From Adineta vaga (Eukaryota > Animalia > Rotifera): a stretch of DNA of 64,000 nucleotides. The translations under genes were made by a program, and so were the position numbers. Each line of letters starts with the position of its first letter. The first letter of the stretch is position 1. The notes beneath the pieces were generated by a model. The model searched no databases. It worked only from the letters and a program-made list of their open reading frames with translations, and was not told the DNA's origin. The DNA lies in the NCBI GenBank assembly GCA_021613535.1, contig CP075492.1:8184001-8248000 (forward strand), written 5' to 3'. Positions 1-13,183 of this stretch are shown here, piece by piece.

Positions 1-2154
1 CAAGAATTAATTCAATAAATTAACTCACTCCGCCCGTTTTTTTCCTCTCTTTTTGTTTTCTAATGTGAAGTTTAAGACTAGACATACTTGCTGAGAAGTG
101 TTAATGACAATAATTATCAGAAAGAATGTTTGGATCATCAGGAAGTTATGTCGGAAAAGTTCAAAAAGAATGAAGTCTGGCAAGAAAAAACAGCTGACCT
201 TGCTTATTCAATCTATTCCTTTCTTACTTGTGATTGTCTCGACCACTGAAATAGATAACATAGACATATATATCATCATCGTATTGTCTAAAGATCAACA
301 CTTACGATGTCATTCGTTGATGATGTCTTCGTTTCATATTTGACGTGAGAATGATGGGTCGAAAATAAAATGTAGTGACAGGTAACGAAGGTAAATGACG
401 ATACTAAAATAACAATTTATGTAATAAAAACGAGACAAATATTTGAGCATCCAAGGTGAATGTATAAGAAAAGAAAAATGACAAATATATATATATTCTA
501 CATGAGGACAGAGAAGAGAAAAAAATTATGATTGACAATATCAAATTGGCTTCACTCTACATGTTTTCTTTCTCATGGAAATAGACATATCAAAATGGAT
601 TGGATACGGTGACTTACATCAATTGAATAATTGAAATTTGTATTCCGGTTTTGTTTGGAACTAAAAAGATATATAATCTTTGATTGAAATATTTGTATCT
701 TGTACATATTTATGAAATAAGAGAAAAGATCATTATTGACTGTCTTCTCGAACGAAAAAAGAAAAAAAAAGAACGATCGTTTTTGATTTTCAAGGATATC
801 ATTTTTTTTCTCGTGGTTAAACTTACCTCATTACTGAATACAATTGTGATTGTAACTAAATTATCTTCTATGTTTGTCGTTTTTATCGATTTCTATCCTC
901 CAGATGTTATATGAGACAATACCTTGTCTTATCTTTGTTCTCCTATTGTCAATTGTTTTATATGAAGAAATCTTCCGTGCACTTGAATAATATAAAACTT
1001 CTGTTCAATTCAACTGACTAATATTACGTATTCACTCACACATAGGTATAAGAGAACGAACAGATTTAACATGTCATATATATATAGACATCGAACGGTA
1101 CAAGATGTTGCCTTCAATGTAGAAAAAATGAACATATCACGAACGAAAGATTCTTTCTTAATTGTTCTGATCATGTACTTTAAGATGACATACAAGCATT
1201 CTTTTTTTGTAGGTGTTGTCACTGAGCCTATCTTTCGTTGTAGGAATTATCGTTTTTGTTTCTGAATACGAAATTGAATTATAGATCACTACATATATAT
1301 ATATGTATTACACTCTGTTGCACAATTGAACTTCTTTTATTCATATGTCTATTGAGTATTTTCCAGCTGTTGCCTGTCTTCTATTTCAAATCAAATTGAA
1401 CATTGTTATATCAAACATCTATTAGATTTTTCTTTGTTGATCTGTTAATGCTTTTCAAATAAGCATGTGGAGACATTAACACTTTTTATTTCTATTGTAA
1501 TAACATCAATGAGAAATAAGAGCAAGAATGATTTAAACATTACTATTTAACAACTAAAACAAAACTAGATTCTATTCATTTAGATACATTCAGATGTGAT
1601 ATATTTGTACTAAATCATGTTTATGATCTACTTAGAATAGTAACAATTAAATTCAAGTAAACTTCAAAACATAGTTTCATGCAAAAACAACTTCGTAACA
1701 TCATTTTTCACTGCTGTTATCTATTTTAACATTTGAACTATCTCTACACATTTCCGTTTCCAATTAACTATTCATTTAGAAGTGAAATGTTCTGTGAACA
1801 AAATACCTACCTACCTATATGCAAAGAGCGTGTATTTTCACCCTTATTTCAATGTTTTTGATTGCACTGAGAAAATTCGTGTACTCCTCGTTTAGGTCAC
1901 ACTGTTACTTTGATTTCTCGATGTAAACAAGTAGTTTCAAGACAAATTCGTCTATTGCAAAATAATTTTTAATTTAAATGTAGAACGAAACATAATAGAA
2001 AATTTCAGACGATATATATTGATGAAATTGACAAGGTGATGCATATTTGTTTTTTTTCGGTCGAGAATTTTATTTCTTTTTTTAACATGTTTAAATAATG
2101 CAGGCGAAAAAATATAACTACTTATTAAAATGCAAAAACAAAACATCTACACAG

Positions 2155-3408
2155 TTAATTAAGTCTAACACTTGTTTGATGTCTTCTAGCAATGACATTT
2201 ATATTTTGAATATCAAGTTCATATGTATCAGACATAGCTGATATTGGATTGAAATTTACAGGAATTGATACTGGATGACAATGAAATTGTTCATTCATAG
2301 ATGATGAATGTGAAAGATTCGATTTCTTATTAAATGCATGAGAAACAATTGAAGAATCAATAGACATTGGAATATAATGTGTTCCCGATGGATGTAAAAC
2401 AAATATGGGAACTTTCGTTTTTTCAATGGAATTTTCTTCATCATCAATGGAAAATTGAAAAATATTATCATGATCATGAACTGTTTGAACATTAGATATT
2501 GTACACATATGTTCATCCGAATTTGATGGTCTTGGTTTTGAATCGAGAAGTTTTTTTCTCTCTGGTAAAACTAAAATCAAAAACAAAATGAATTCTATAA
2601 ATCAATAGTTTTCAATTGATTACTAACGAGTTAAATCTGTTAATTCAATTTCTTTTTCGGTACTGAATTGAATGAAATCAGGAAGAATTCGATTGTGAGG
2701 AGGATGTTTTTCAAGATATTCATATGTATCACATATACTATTGTAATAACCAGAACGATATGCATCGAGTTTCATAAGCGATTGTTTTTCAGGATTGATC
2801 GATTCTGTTGAATAGAAATAGATTCAAAGGAATGAAAAAATGTACTTAGATTACCTGCTTTTTGATTCGAGGAAACTAAATTACGAATATGTGTAATGGC
2901 CATTTCAATAATTTCAGTTTTTTCGATACGTCTCTGATTCTATGATGAAAATATGTATGCTATGAATGGAATTTAGAGATATTACTTCGGATCGTTTATG
3001 AGGTATTAGTTCTAATAGACTACCAAGACTAGTATTCATTCGATCACGGCGACGTTTTTCAATTAATCTGTGTGGTTTAGGAGTCTAGATTGAATTAAAA
3101 AGAACGATTCTTCTTTCTATCATTATCTTCATAACTAACTTTATGTGTCGATCGTTTTCGTCGTTGTTGTTGTTGTTGATTCTGTTGATCTTTTGTTGTA
3201 CTCGTTTTTCGATGTCTATGGAGAAAGAAGCATTCATATAAGACATGAATTTCTTTGTAAGATCAACGTACTCTGTTTGATCACTAAAATCATCGAACAT
3301 TGAATCGCACTCTGAATGATCATCAAGGATAATCTGTAAATGTGATGAAGATGATAAGCATTCGTGCGATACTATTTCACTATTAACAGCACATCTTCTA
3401 GCTGACAT
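2155..3408 (-). CDS. cwo: Clockwork orange-like bHLH-Orange transcriptional repressor (about 5 exons)
   Basis: Spliced exons give PHRLIEKRRRDRMNTSLGSLLELIP...RRIEKTEIIEMAITHIRNL, an Orange-like YRSGYYNSICDTYEYL segment, and C-terminal VPIFVLHPSGTHYIPM and HPVSIPVNF motifs resembling insect CWO. No WRPW terminus. Confidence 0.85.
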
Positions 3409-3774
3409 GGTCAGAAAATCTTCAAGAGTGGCTTGTGTTAAAGAACTGATGTTCTAATAATTCGCTGATAATACTAGAAAAAAGAGAAAAAGAGTGTTTT
3501 TTTGTTTGTTTAATAAACATTGAATGCAAAACAAACGACAATGTACATATATATCATTTAAAAGAAATATAAAGGATATAAATATGTATATTTTGATTCT
3601 TTTCTGTTTTATAAACTAATCATCACATGTGTTACCTACATTTTTATTTTTTTTCCTTATTTATCTATGACATAGTCCGTACGTATACTCATATAGATGG
3701 CTATATACATTATCTAATCTTGGCGTTAAGAAAAAAATATGCGCCTATTTACTCGAAGAAAAGAGACATAAACT

Positions 3775-5191
3775 CACGAGATAAGATATTTCGTTTAATG
3801 TACGCAAAATTTTTTCTAAACTTCTCTACACTGTTGAGTTCACAAGGATAAATAATAACAATTGTTTGAAGTATTTGTAAATATTCAATAATGTTTGCAA
3901 TATTACAGTGGATAAAAGCTAGAAATAGTAGCTGTTTCATTAACATAGAAGTGAATAAATCGTTGAAATTCGTTCATTTACTATTTTTTTAATTTCCATA
4001 TTGTCCAAGTAAAGAGAAAAATTAGACTACGAACTAATGTATTAATAACTGGTATTATCTGACAGAAAAAAATCCTATTCTGTAATACTTATCTCAGGTG
4101 TGAATAACACGAATCGGTTGCAAGAAAAAGCTGAAGTGAGAAAAAAGAATTGCATTGATTGTTTTTTTTTCCTTTCTTTTTAAATAGCATATATGTCAAT
4201 TTGACCCGATTGATTATTTACATGGCACAACTCACGAGTCGAATTCTTATGTCACATTGAAACTTTATTTGCATATTCGACGCGCGTAGAAGAATTTTCT
4301 TCTCAATTCTTTCGAACCATAAAAATAGAAAATGGTAGACTCGTCTATTGTGTATATATTTCGAGAGATATAACTATCCCTATGAAGGTTACTAACGATA
4401 TATACGTGACAGACACGTGCTATCGACTTTGTCTTTATGAAAAGCTAATCAATTGTCTCTTTACCTATCGTCTATGTCAAACTGAAAAGAAAGTTCAAAA
4501 AGACATATTATATTTACCGTAATAGTTCTAAATGAAAATGAAATCTTTTCTTTATATGTTTTTCAAATAATAAATGAGATGGGAGAAATTATTTACTCGA
4601 TAATAGAAAAAAAGAATGGTATCAAGTCCAGTTATGTGACGTTTCGTTTTTTGTTCTTATCGTCAAAGTCTATATGCATGATACTCGTCCTATTACCTGT
4701 TTGTCTAACTCATGAATCTGTATCAATAAGTTTTTTATATGCTGATAAAAAGATACTAACATGCAATAAGATTTTCTTCGAGAAATTTACGAATGGATAG
4801 CATTCATTTAGATTGAGAATTGCACGAGATTCTATTTGAATAATTGATGACAAGAGAACTTAGTAGGATGACGTATTTCTTCATTCTTTTTGCTTGTTCA
4901 TTTCATTATTGAACAGATGTACAATAGGATAACATTGATTGAAACATATTCTCAACGTACTTCTCTCTCTCTCTCTATCAGTTAACGATGATGAAGGATA
5001 ATCAAACATCAGGTGTATATAAACCTTATTTTCTTGGTTCATTACTTAATTGAATAGTACATAACGAATTTTTAGTGATACTATTTAATATACCTATGAA
5101 ACATCAAATACTATCTTCTTCAGTTATTCTTGTAGGTTCTCATTTAAAAACTGTTAAATCGAACGATAATTTCTTTTTCATTCATCACGTG
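3775..5191. promoter_or_regulatory. E-box/N-box sites upstream of the cwo-like gene
   Basis: CACGTG at 4414-4419 and 5186-5191, TACGTG at 4403-4408, CACGAG at 3775-3780, 4233-4238 and 4823-4828, in GC-poor noncoding DNA. Confidence 0.4.
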
Positions 5192-5964
5192 TTTTGTTTA
5201 ACTAACTTTGTCATAGTTACTATTTATCTATTTCGCTCTTTTACTGAGTACAAAAGACTTTGTCATGTATAACTGAAGTGCAATTATTTATCGAACTATA
5301 TCCTTTGACTAGTTATACATAGACATGAATGATGTAGTTGAATATTAGAGTATAATATCGTTCTTTAATGAAAAAAAAAACTTTGGTGATGCATTTTCAT
5401 AAATTATGGAGATAAAAGAACTGAAATTTACGTTTTTGCCTATAGTAAGTAAAGAAATATCTTGTTTTCAAGGTTAATATGAAGCAAAACAATCAAGCAT
5501 TTCGAGATGAATAAAAAAAACGTGATCAATTTCTTTTGGCATACTTTTCTTACTACTAAAACTATCAATATCAAAAAAATACATTAACAAAATGATACGA
5601 TTAATGAAAGTGAGAAAAAAGGATGACTGACAGCGATATTATCAAATTTTTTATTTGATATACTTGACTAAACACGTATTCATAAATATACCAATGGACG
5701 AATGATAATACACAATATTTTTCTCATGTTGAGATCGTATTTATACAGAAAAAACAAAGACTTTTCATGTAAGATCTATTTGAATAAATTCTGTCAGTTC
5801 ATATAATAGATCATTTTTAAATATATCATCAATAAATAACATAAACATTCTATGGGATATTAGAATAACAATATATTACAGATTTACATCCCAAATTTTA
5901 GTTTAGTTTTGTATCAAACTGTTTTTTGAAGAATATTGACTTGTATGTTGATAGGGAATAATGA

Positions 5965-7316
5965 TTATCCATCAGATGGTAAATCAATTTGACTAGTTGA
6001 TTGTATACTACTGCTTATGTTATTTCGATCATTTTCATCTTGTTCCATAGGAATAATTTGAGGTTGATGAGCTGTACGAAACTAAAAAAAAACGATAAAA
6101 AGAAATGAAATTCGATTTCTAGTCGTTTTTTTTTCGTATACCTCATCTGTATAAAGAGAAGATTTATTATAATAATGCATCGTATGTTGAGATAATAAAC
6201 TATTTGCAATCATTTCTCGTCCTCCAACACTAATTCGGCAAGAATCAAGTGCACCGAGAAAACGTGGCGCATCATCTTTGATATATTTCAAACAAGTTAA
6301 CATTGATCTATCCAATCTTTGTAAACCATTATCTGAAAGATTCAATTTTCGGATCGTTTCATCAGTAACAGGTTCATATTCACAAATTGTATATCGTTCA
6401 CCATAAGGTAACGATTGTTGATTATCATAAACTGATTCCTCTTTAATCATTATCGTACTCCATTTATCAGAACAACGTTCATCATTTCCAATAAGATAGA
6501 TTCGTATAAGTGCTAATTTTTTAAGAAGATGACAAATCTTCTCATTTTCTTGTGTTATAAAAGCTTAGTACTTCATTGGGCATATTGTCAAAGGATTCAT
6601 CACAACAAATATAATCGAAAAGTGTACAAACTCTTGGTTCAAATTCATCACATAATTCTGTAACTAAAAATAAAACATACAACATATGGTAATCGGGATA
6701 ATACATGTATGTATATGTATATCTTTACCAAATTCAATAAACTCTTGTTGAAACAATCGTAGATTTTCATTATCTGCGTATATTGGAATGATTAGTACAT
6801 CACACGCTTCTACCTATATGTATTGATTGTTGATTTTCATGTTGATCTAAAGAAAATCTTAATAAATACCTTGTTATTTATAATTAACCATCGTTTCAAA
6901 TCAATGCCTTTTTGTTCCCAAACCATTGCATCACCTTGATCATTCTTGGCAAACAAATCTCGAGATGTTAATTCAGAAGCACGTATAGCATGTAATGTTG
7001 TCAATAATGTTATACGACGTCTTGGAAGATGATAGACATTTCGTTGGTTATTGACTAAATTACTCATTTGATTTGTACAAATAAAAATGATAACAATATT
7101 TCTCGAATCTCCTTTTGAATTCAAGAGTATATCGATATTCTGACCAAATAAATCAAACATAATGAGGATGAATTTCACATCTTTCGACTGAGTATTGATA
7201 TATTGTTGAATAGCATTTGTATCAAATAAAATTTTGAAAGGTATAGGTAAGCACCATTCACTATTTGTTATACTATCGGAAGTACCACGCACGATTATTT
7301 TTAATTCAAACGGCAT
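5965..7316 (-). CDS. Uncharacterised multi-exon protein with an apparent 1-nt frameshift near 6560
   Basis: ORFs 6837-7316 and 6082-6450 are linked by short GT-AG introns. The last exon FRTAHQPQ...LPSDG ends at TAA 5965-5967. No recognisable domain. Confidence 0.6.
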
Positions 7317-8196
7317 AACATATCAGACTTATAAACAATACAAATTGTTAAAAAAAACGGCACCCTTTCGATGTAAGATCAGCGTAAATTCTGATCACGA
7401 CGATTTTTATGAAAAAATACTCTTGTCGGCTTTTGTTTTTTTAGAGAAAGAAAAAAATATACGACAACGTTACCAATCCTTTTTACAAAGTGTAATAGTA
7501 AAAAATCAACCGTTATGCATCTAAACGGACTTATAGTTTTTTGACGAAATTTTGTAAAACGTGTATTTTATTTTTTCTTATGTTGCCATGAATTTTGAGT
7601 TATTATTTTATTAAAACCATTCTATATCTATCATTGCACATGTAGTTTTTTATTTCAAAATCGAAAGTTGTTATTTTTCTTACTCTCTCATATGTATTGT
7701 TTATATTTAACTGAATTATTCATCATATGAGAGTGGGTTTGATCAGATTGTTTTTCTTAGCATTTCATATTTAGAAAAATTTGATTAATGTTGTTTTCAA
7801 ATGAACCTACGTAGGATGATAGAACCTGATCTAACTGAAAATTCGAATTAAAATATTATAAGGAGCAAGAATAACTTATTACATATTCAAGTTAGTTTTA
7901 ACTTTGGGTTCTATACACTACGATTATCAACAATAAACATCATTCCATCATTAACGACATCTGTTATTCATTTAGAACTGACCAATAAATGAATCATACG
8001 ATAATTTATTGACGTCAAGAATGATTCATATTCTTTCACGAGACCTCAGGATCAATCCTCTCTTCTCGAATGAATCTTAATCATATTTACAAAAGACTCT
8101 TCTTTTTCTTCATCTTTTCCTCGATTACTCACTGATTATATATGTATTTAAGTTTCTATAAGAAGACATCATGGTTTCATTTCTTTTCAGAATAAA

Positions 8197-10239
8197 ATGG
8201 CTACAATGAGTGCATTATTTCAAAAATTTCGTCCCAGACCAGAAGCTACAGCAACTAGTCTTAAACGTGAAACAAATGACTATATACAACGTGCAACTGC
8301 TCTTGAAAAAAACCAGCAATACGATGAAGCATCTGTTCTCTATAAACGTGTAATATCATTGATCAGTTCACATGAAGGTACATCTGCCGTTGATGAAGAA
8401 TTAAATGTAATTAAACGCAATGCTAATCAACGATTACTTCAATCATCCTTACATCAAAATCGATCAACAGATTCAAATGGAATTTATCAAAATATGGTCA
8501 GACAATTATCCGATCATGTTCCTCAACCAGTCAATGAACAAGATTTAACTGAAATGGGTGAACAAGTCTTTGAAGATCCATCTGCATTTGAATCCGTAAC
8601 AAGCGATAATACACAAGAAAGAAGCAATGCAACTGTCCTATTTCAATTAGATGAAGGTGCACGACTTTTCTATATTGCTAAAGATGGATCAATTCAAACA
8701 ACATCTGAATCATTACCATTAACAGTTTTCGAAATGAAGTATGTCATATGATAAGAAAAGAAAACAAAATAGATCTGCAATGAATTTATTTATTTTAGTG
8801 AAGGAGGTGAAACATGTGGTCTATTAAAATTAGGCAGTTGGATTTATCCATTACATCCCAAAGTTTCTCCAGCATTTAAAACAGGATATGATGCCTATAT
8901 CTTCCCAAATAATACATCCGTTGGTAAGGATATATTGAAATGAAATTTCAATTTTTGATTTTCGTCGATTGTTCTAGGTGAATTCGTTGGTCTTATGTTT
9001 GATGAATCCATCATACCAGATGTTCGTCATTTTTTCGAAGATGTTCTTTCTAAACTTTCTGTTTTCATGGCTCAACACGGTACACCAACTGTAAGTGTTT
9101 AATTTTGTTTATAATTTCAAGCTACCTTTCTCATTTAGTATGGTGAATCATTAACTGCTGCTCCAACAACAGGTGCTGTTAAACTAACTGAACAATCTGC
9201 ATCAAATCAAGTAGAAAAAATCGTTTCTACACCTCGTCAAACAACGGATGCATCAAGTAAAAAAGCAGAAATCATTGGAGAAGATGAAGTTGCTGCTGAA
9301 GAAGAACTTCCTTATGATACAACAACAGCAACAGGAAAACTTGCTGCAGCTCTTATTACAGGTACGAATCATACTATTCATATTTTCATAAGAATAACAA
9401 AACTCGAATTTAGGAACAAAATTTTTAACAAAACAATTAGCAACTGGTGTTATTATGGCTGAAAATTTAATTGAACAAGTATCAAAAAATGTTCATGACA
9501 AAATAGTACCTAATGCTGAACCAACAAAAGTTAGTAAGGGTTTACATGTAACTGCTCGTGGTTTACGTACAACGTCAGGTGTAGCAGTAAAAGCAAGTAA
9601 TTATGTTGGTAAGAATTCACAAAAATAAAGTTGATTTATTCATAGTTTTTTTTCTCTTATGATTTGTTTAGTATCGAAAGTCGGTGCAATGACATTAGGA
9701 TTAGCACGAACATTTGCTCCAAATCTTGGCAAAGTCGAGAAAAAAGTCAAACCAGATGGTACTATAGAAATCGTTAAATTAAGTGGTATTCGAGGTCTTG
9801 GCCATGCTGGATTAACAAGTAAGTTCAAATGATTATTTGAATCGTTGTAACTATTGGAATTTTGATAATTTGTTTCTTCAAAAAGGTTTTGGTGTAATGT
9901 ATGAAAGTTGTGAGAATGCTGCAAAACATTTAGCAACAAATATTGCTAATGAAAGTGTCGGTGTTGTTAAACATAAGTAAGAAAATGATGTTCGAAAGAC
10001 AAGTAATTATCGAGTATTTTGCAGATATGGTGAAGATGCTTCAATATTAACCGAAAATGCAGCATATGCACTTGGTAATAGTGCATTAACAGCATATTAT
10101 GTTGGAGGACTTGGTCCAAAGGCGGTAAGAAGATGACAATGATTTGTATCTGGATCTGAAATTTTCTTTTCTCTTCTAGATTGCTCGAAAAGTTGTTAAA
10201 CAAACCGCAAAAGAAACGGCGAAAAACGCATTCACATAA
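8197..10239 (+). CDS. SPART: Spartin-like protein (MIT domain plus senescence domain)
   Basis: N-terminal MIT-like helix (YIQRATALEKNQQYDEASVLYKR), LLKLGSWIYPLHPKVSPAFKTGYDAYIFP, and C-terminal VYESCENAAKTLATNIANESVGVVKHKYGEDA senescence-domain motifs. Confidence 0.85.
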
Positions 10240-10501
10240 ACCATGAAAATCTCGAGAATGATATTTTTGTCTTCCACCTTTTTTCTGTCTATTATTCGCG
10301 CATTTTTTAATTTGCTATTATCTGTATTTTTTATTCGATGTAGAACAAAGGGGTCGTAAATAAATATACATATATAGCTAGAATATACGAACATAAACAC
10401 TGATATTTTTCGGTTAATATGAACTAGTTGAATGGTATACTATATTAAACTCAATTTGAAATAAAGATCGAATTCTTTGATATATTTTATATAAGCTATG
10501 T

Positions 10502-10510
10502 GCGCCATCT
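10502..10510 (+). promoter_or_regulatory. YY1-like promoter motif upstream of RPL35
   Basis: GCGCCATCT about 290 nt upstream of the RPL35 ATG. YY1-type motifs are common in ribosomal protein promoters. Confidence 0.4.
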
Positions 10511-10544
10511 ATCGACATAATGAAATTCATCGGAAAATTCTCGC

Positions 10545-10688
10545 ATGAATGATGATTGATTTAGAAAAATAAATTCGAACATTAGTTTATATGAATGAAT
10601 CTTTTTGAATTTCAAGGAGGAATCAAAAGAGTTCCTAATCGAATTGGAATCAATATTAACCATTCAATAAATCAACTGAGTCATCATT
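10545..10688 (+). ncRNA. Possible box C/D-like RNA or long hairpin in the RPL35 5' leader
   Basis: ATGATGA at 10549-10555, CTGA at 10676-10679, and nested complementary arms TTGATTTA/TAAATCAA, AATTCG/CGAATT, CTTTTTGA/TCAAAAG. Confidence 0.3.
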
Positions 10689-10796
10689 ATTTCTAAATAA
10701 AACAATTCATTCATCTTATTCGCATTTTTTCCTTGATAATTTTCATCTCTGGACTACACATCTATCTATCTATCATTCTAGATCTTCGATCAGACA

Positions 10797-11236
10797 ATGA
10801 CTCGTGTCAAATGTTCAAAATTACGTGGCAAAAAGCCAGGTATGTTTGTCTACTCATATGAAAATCTTCATCAATTGTTGTTTCTTCTATTCAATTCGTT
10901 TTAGATGAACTTCAAAAACAATTGGTAGAATTACGTCAAGAATTAAACACTCTTCGTGTTGGTAAAGTCACTGGCAGCGGTGGTGCACAAAAACTTGGCA
11001 AAATTCGTAATGTCCGCAAATCAATTGCACGTGTTCTTATTGTTACACATCAAACAACAAAAGATAATTTACGTGCTTTATATCATGGTAAAAAATACAA
11101 GCCAAAAGATTTACGACAACGTAAAACACGAGCTATTCGACGTTTATTATCACCCAAGGAAAAGTCTGCTAAATTGAAGAAACTTCAACGACGACAATCG
11201 GCTTTTCCAAAACGTACATATGCTGTTAAAGCTTAA
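10797..11236 (+). CDS. RPL35: 60S ribosomal protein L35 (uL29), 2 exons
   Basis: [14 protein letters not shown] / [24 protein letters not shown]...[13 protein letters not shown]...[17 protein letters not shown]...YAVKA. Confidence 0.97.
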
Positions 11237-11452
11237 ATAAGAAGAGAAAACAGTTGGCGAGAAAAAAAAAGAAATTCGCAAAAAAAAACATCATTGAGAT
11301 GATTTTTGTCATCGATTGTTTAAGATCAAGTTTAATAAAAATAAAAAAACAAACATATTTTCAAAGATTTATTTTCCATTTCAATTGTCATGATCGAGAA
11401 GAACAAATAGATTATTAAATATGAAAGATTGAAGAACAAAAAATAAATAAAT

Positions 11453-11523
11453 GGGCCCGAACGGTGATCGAAACCGGAGCCTCTCGCACCCAAAACGAGA
11501 ATCATACCGTTAGACATCAAGCC
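11453..11523 (-). tRNA. tRNA-Pro(UGG), structurally deviant
   Basis: Reverse complement GGCTTGATGTCTAACGGTATGATTCTCGTTTTGGGTGCGAGAGGCTCCGGTTTCGATCACCGTTCGGGCCC folds as a cloverleaf with anticodon TGG, followed by a T-run terminator. Confidence 0.85.
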
Positions 11524-11894
11524 TTACTGGTTCAGTAAAATGACAAAATTTCCATTTGACCTTTTTTTTTCATCGGAGAGATCATAAGATAGTTCAACTA
11601 GAGCCTATATATAATCACTTTGTTTGTCTACATATATCAACAGCATAATCTTCTGGTTGAAATTCTTTTTACAATATGTATGTCAGGCCTGATTATCTCA
11701 CTGTGAAATTATGCTGTAAATAAAAGGATAATAAATAAGTAAGTAGTTTTTTAATTATTACTATCATTCTATTCTTGAAATTCAATTAAAAAGTTAATCG
11801 ACTTACGAAATAAATAATAAGATTTGATGTAGGTCGAAAAGGAGAACTATTATATATAAATACTTATACTCAAAGATTGTTTCTTTTGAAAAAA

Positions 11895-13183
11895 ATGAAC
11901 ACGACAACAAGCGCGACATCAAGAAATACCACACTATCATGGGCATTGTCTCTATCAAATCCAGTACTAGTTAATCTATTCTATCAAATTGGTTATTCAG
12001 TAATATTTTTACTTGGTTTTCCAGGTAATACTGCTAGTTTTTTAACATTTTCACGCGTAACATTACGAAAAGTTTCAACCGGATGTTTATTTGTTGTTTT
12101 GGCTGTTTTCGATACTCTGTATTTACTTATGTGTATCTTTGATTATCTCGAATTTGGTTTCTCGGTAATAAACTCAGATAATAAAGAGAAATAGAACAAC
12201 TTCTTTCTTTTATTCTTTTTAGGTTCCCTTTTCCAATCTGGTTTCATATAGTGAATTCTGTCGGTTTCGATACTTTGTTATGTCTATTTCGCAGTTTGCA
12301 TCAGCATGGATCCTAGTGCTTGTTTCCGTTGATCGATGGGTCCGAACACGATTTCCATTTAAATCAGGCACAATTTGTACACCACGAAAGGCATTAATAT
12401 CAGTTGGTATACTACTAATTATTGATATCACTTTACATGCTCATTTGCTCACCCCTTGGTTCGGAGTGTTTTTTCCTGGACTTTCAATCGCTGCCTGTGG
12501 ACCAGGCTCTCGTTCCTTTACATACATAACTTTTTACTTCTTCACATGGAATATAATCCAGGTCAGTAGAAACTTGGCTAAAAAGTGAAAGCTCATATAA
12601 TACGATATAACCGGATTTTCTAATCAGATTAATTTTCAATACTTTTTCTAATTTAGATATTTACAACATGTATAGTTCCAGCAACGATCATGTCAGTAAT
12701 TGTTGTTGATATATCAATTAATATACGGTTTCGTAAGAATGCAGTTGCTCAACGTAATCAAACATTGAAATTAGATAAGAATGCTCGACGAAAACTGTTA
12801 CTTCAAAAACAAATGTTTATATTAATGTTTGGAAGTGTTTGTATATTTCTTATAACGACACTTCCTGTTGGAATCTATAAAATTATTTCACCACGAGATG
12901 CGAATCTAGCAAAAACGTATATGTCGATAATTACAATCTGGACAGGTTTAGGATGGTTTCAAAGTTTATTGTATGGAGTAAGTCAATATATGATGCATTT
13001 ATTCGTCAATTGGAATAATAATTTTCTATTTAGATTAGTTTTTATGTCCATTGCTTGAGTTCAAATCTATTTCGAAAAGAATTTCAATTACAAGTGAAAC
13101 ATTTAATGGGCGGAAATCCATCTCGAGTACATACAATTGAATTAACGCAAAGGGACCGACGTACTATGACTCTGCATACATAA
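11895..13183 (+). CDS. Rhodopsin-like (class A) peptide-type GPCR, copy 1 (4 exons)
   Basis: LLGFPGN in TM1, LAVFD in TM2, SAWILVLVSVDRW in TM3, FLITTLP in TM6, and LFRKEF helix 8. Confidence 0.85.

Noticed and set aside
1-2150. Short ORFs of 64-81 aa at the window start
   Set aside because: Low-complexity AT-rich translations with no motifs or consistent exon structure.
11332-11520. 62-aa ORF MMSNGMILVLGARGSG...
   Set aside because: It is a translation of the tRNA-Pro sequence.
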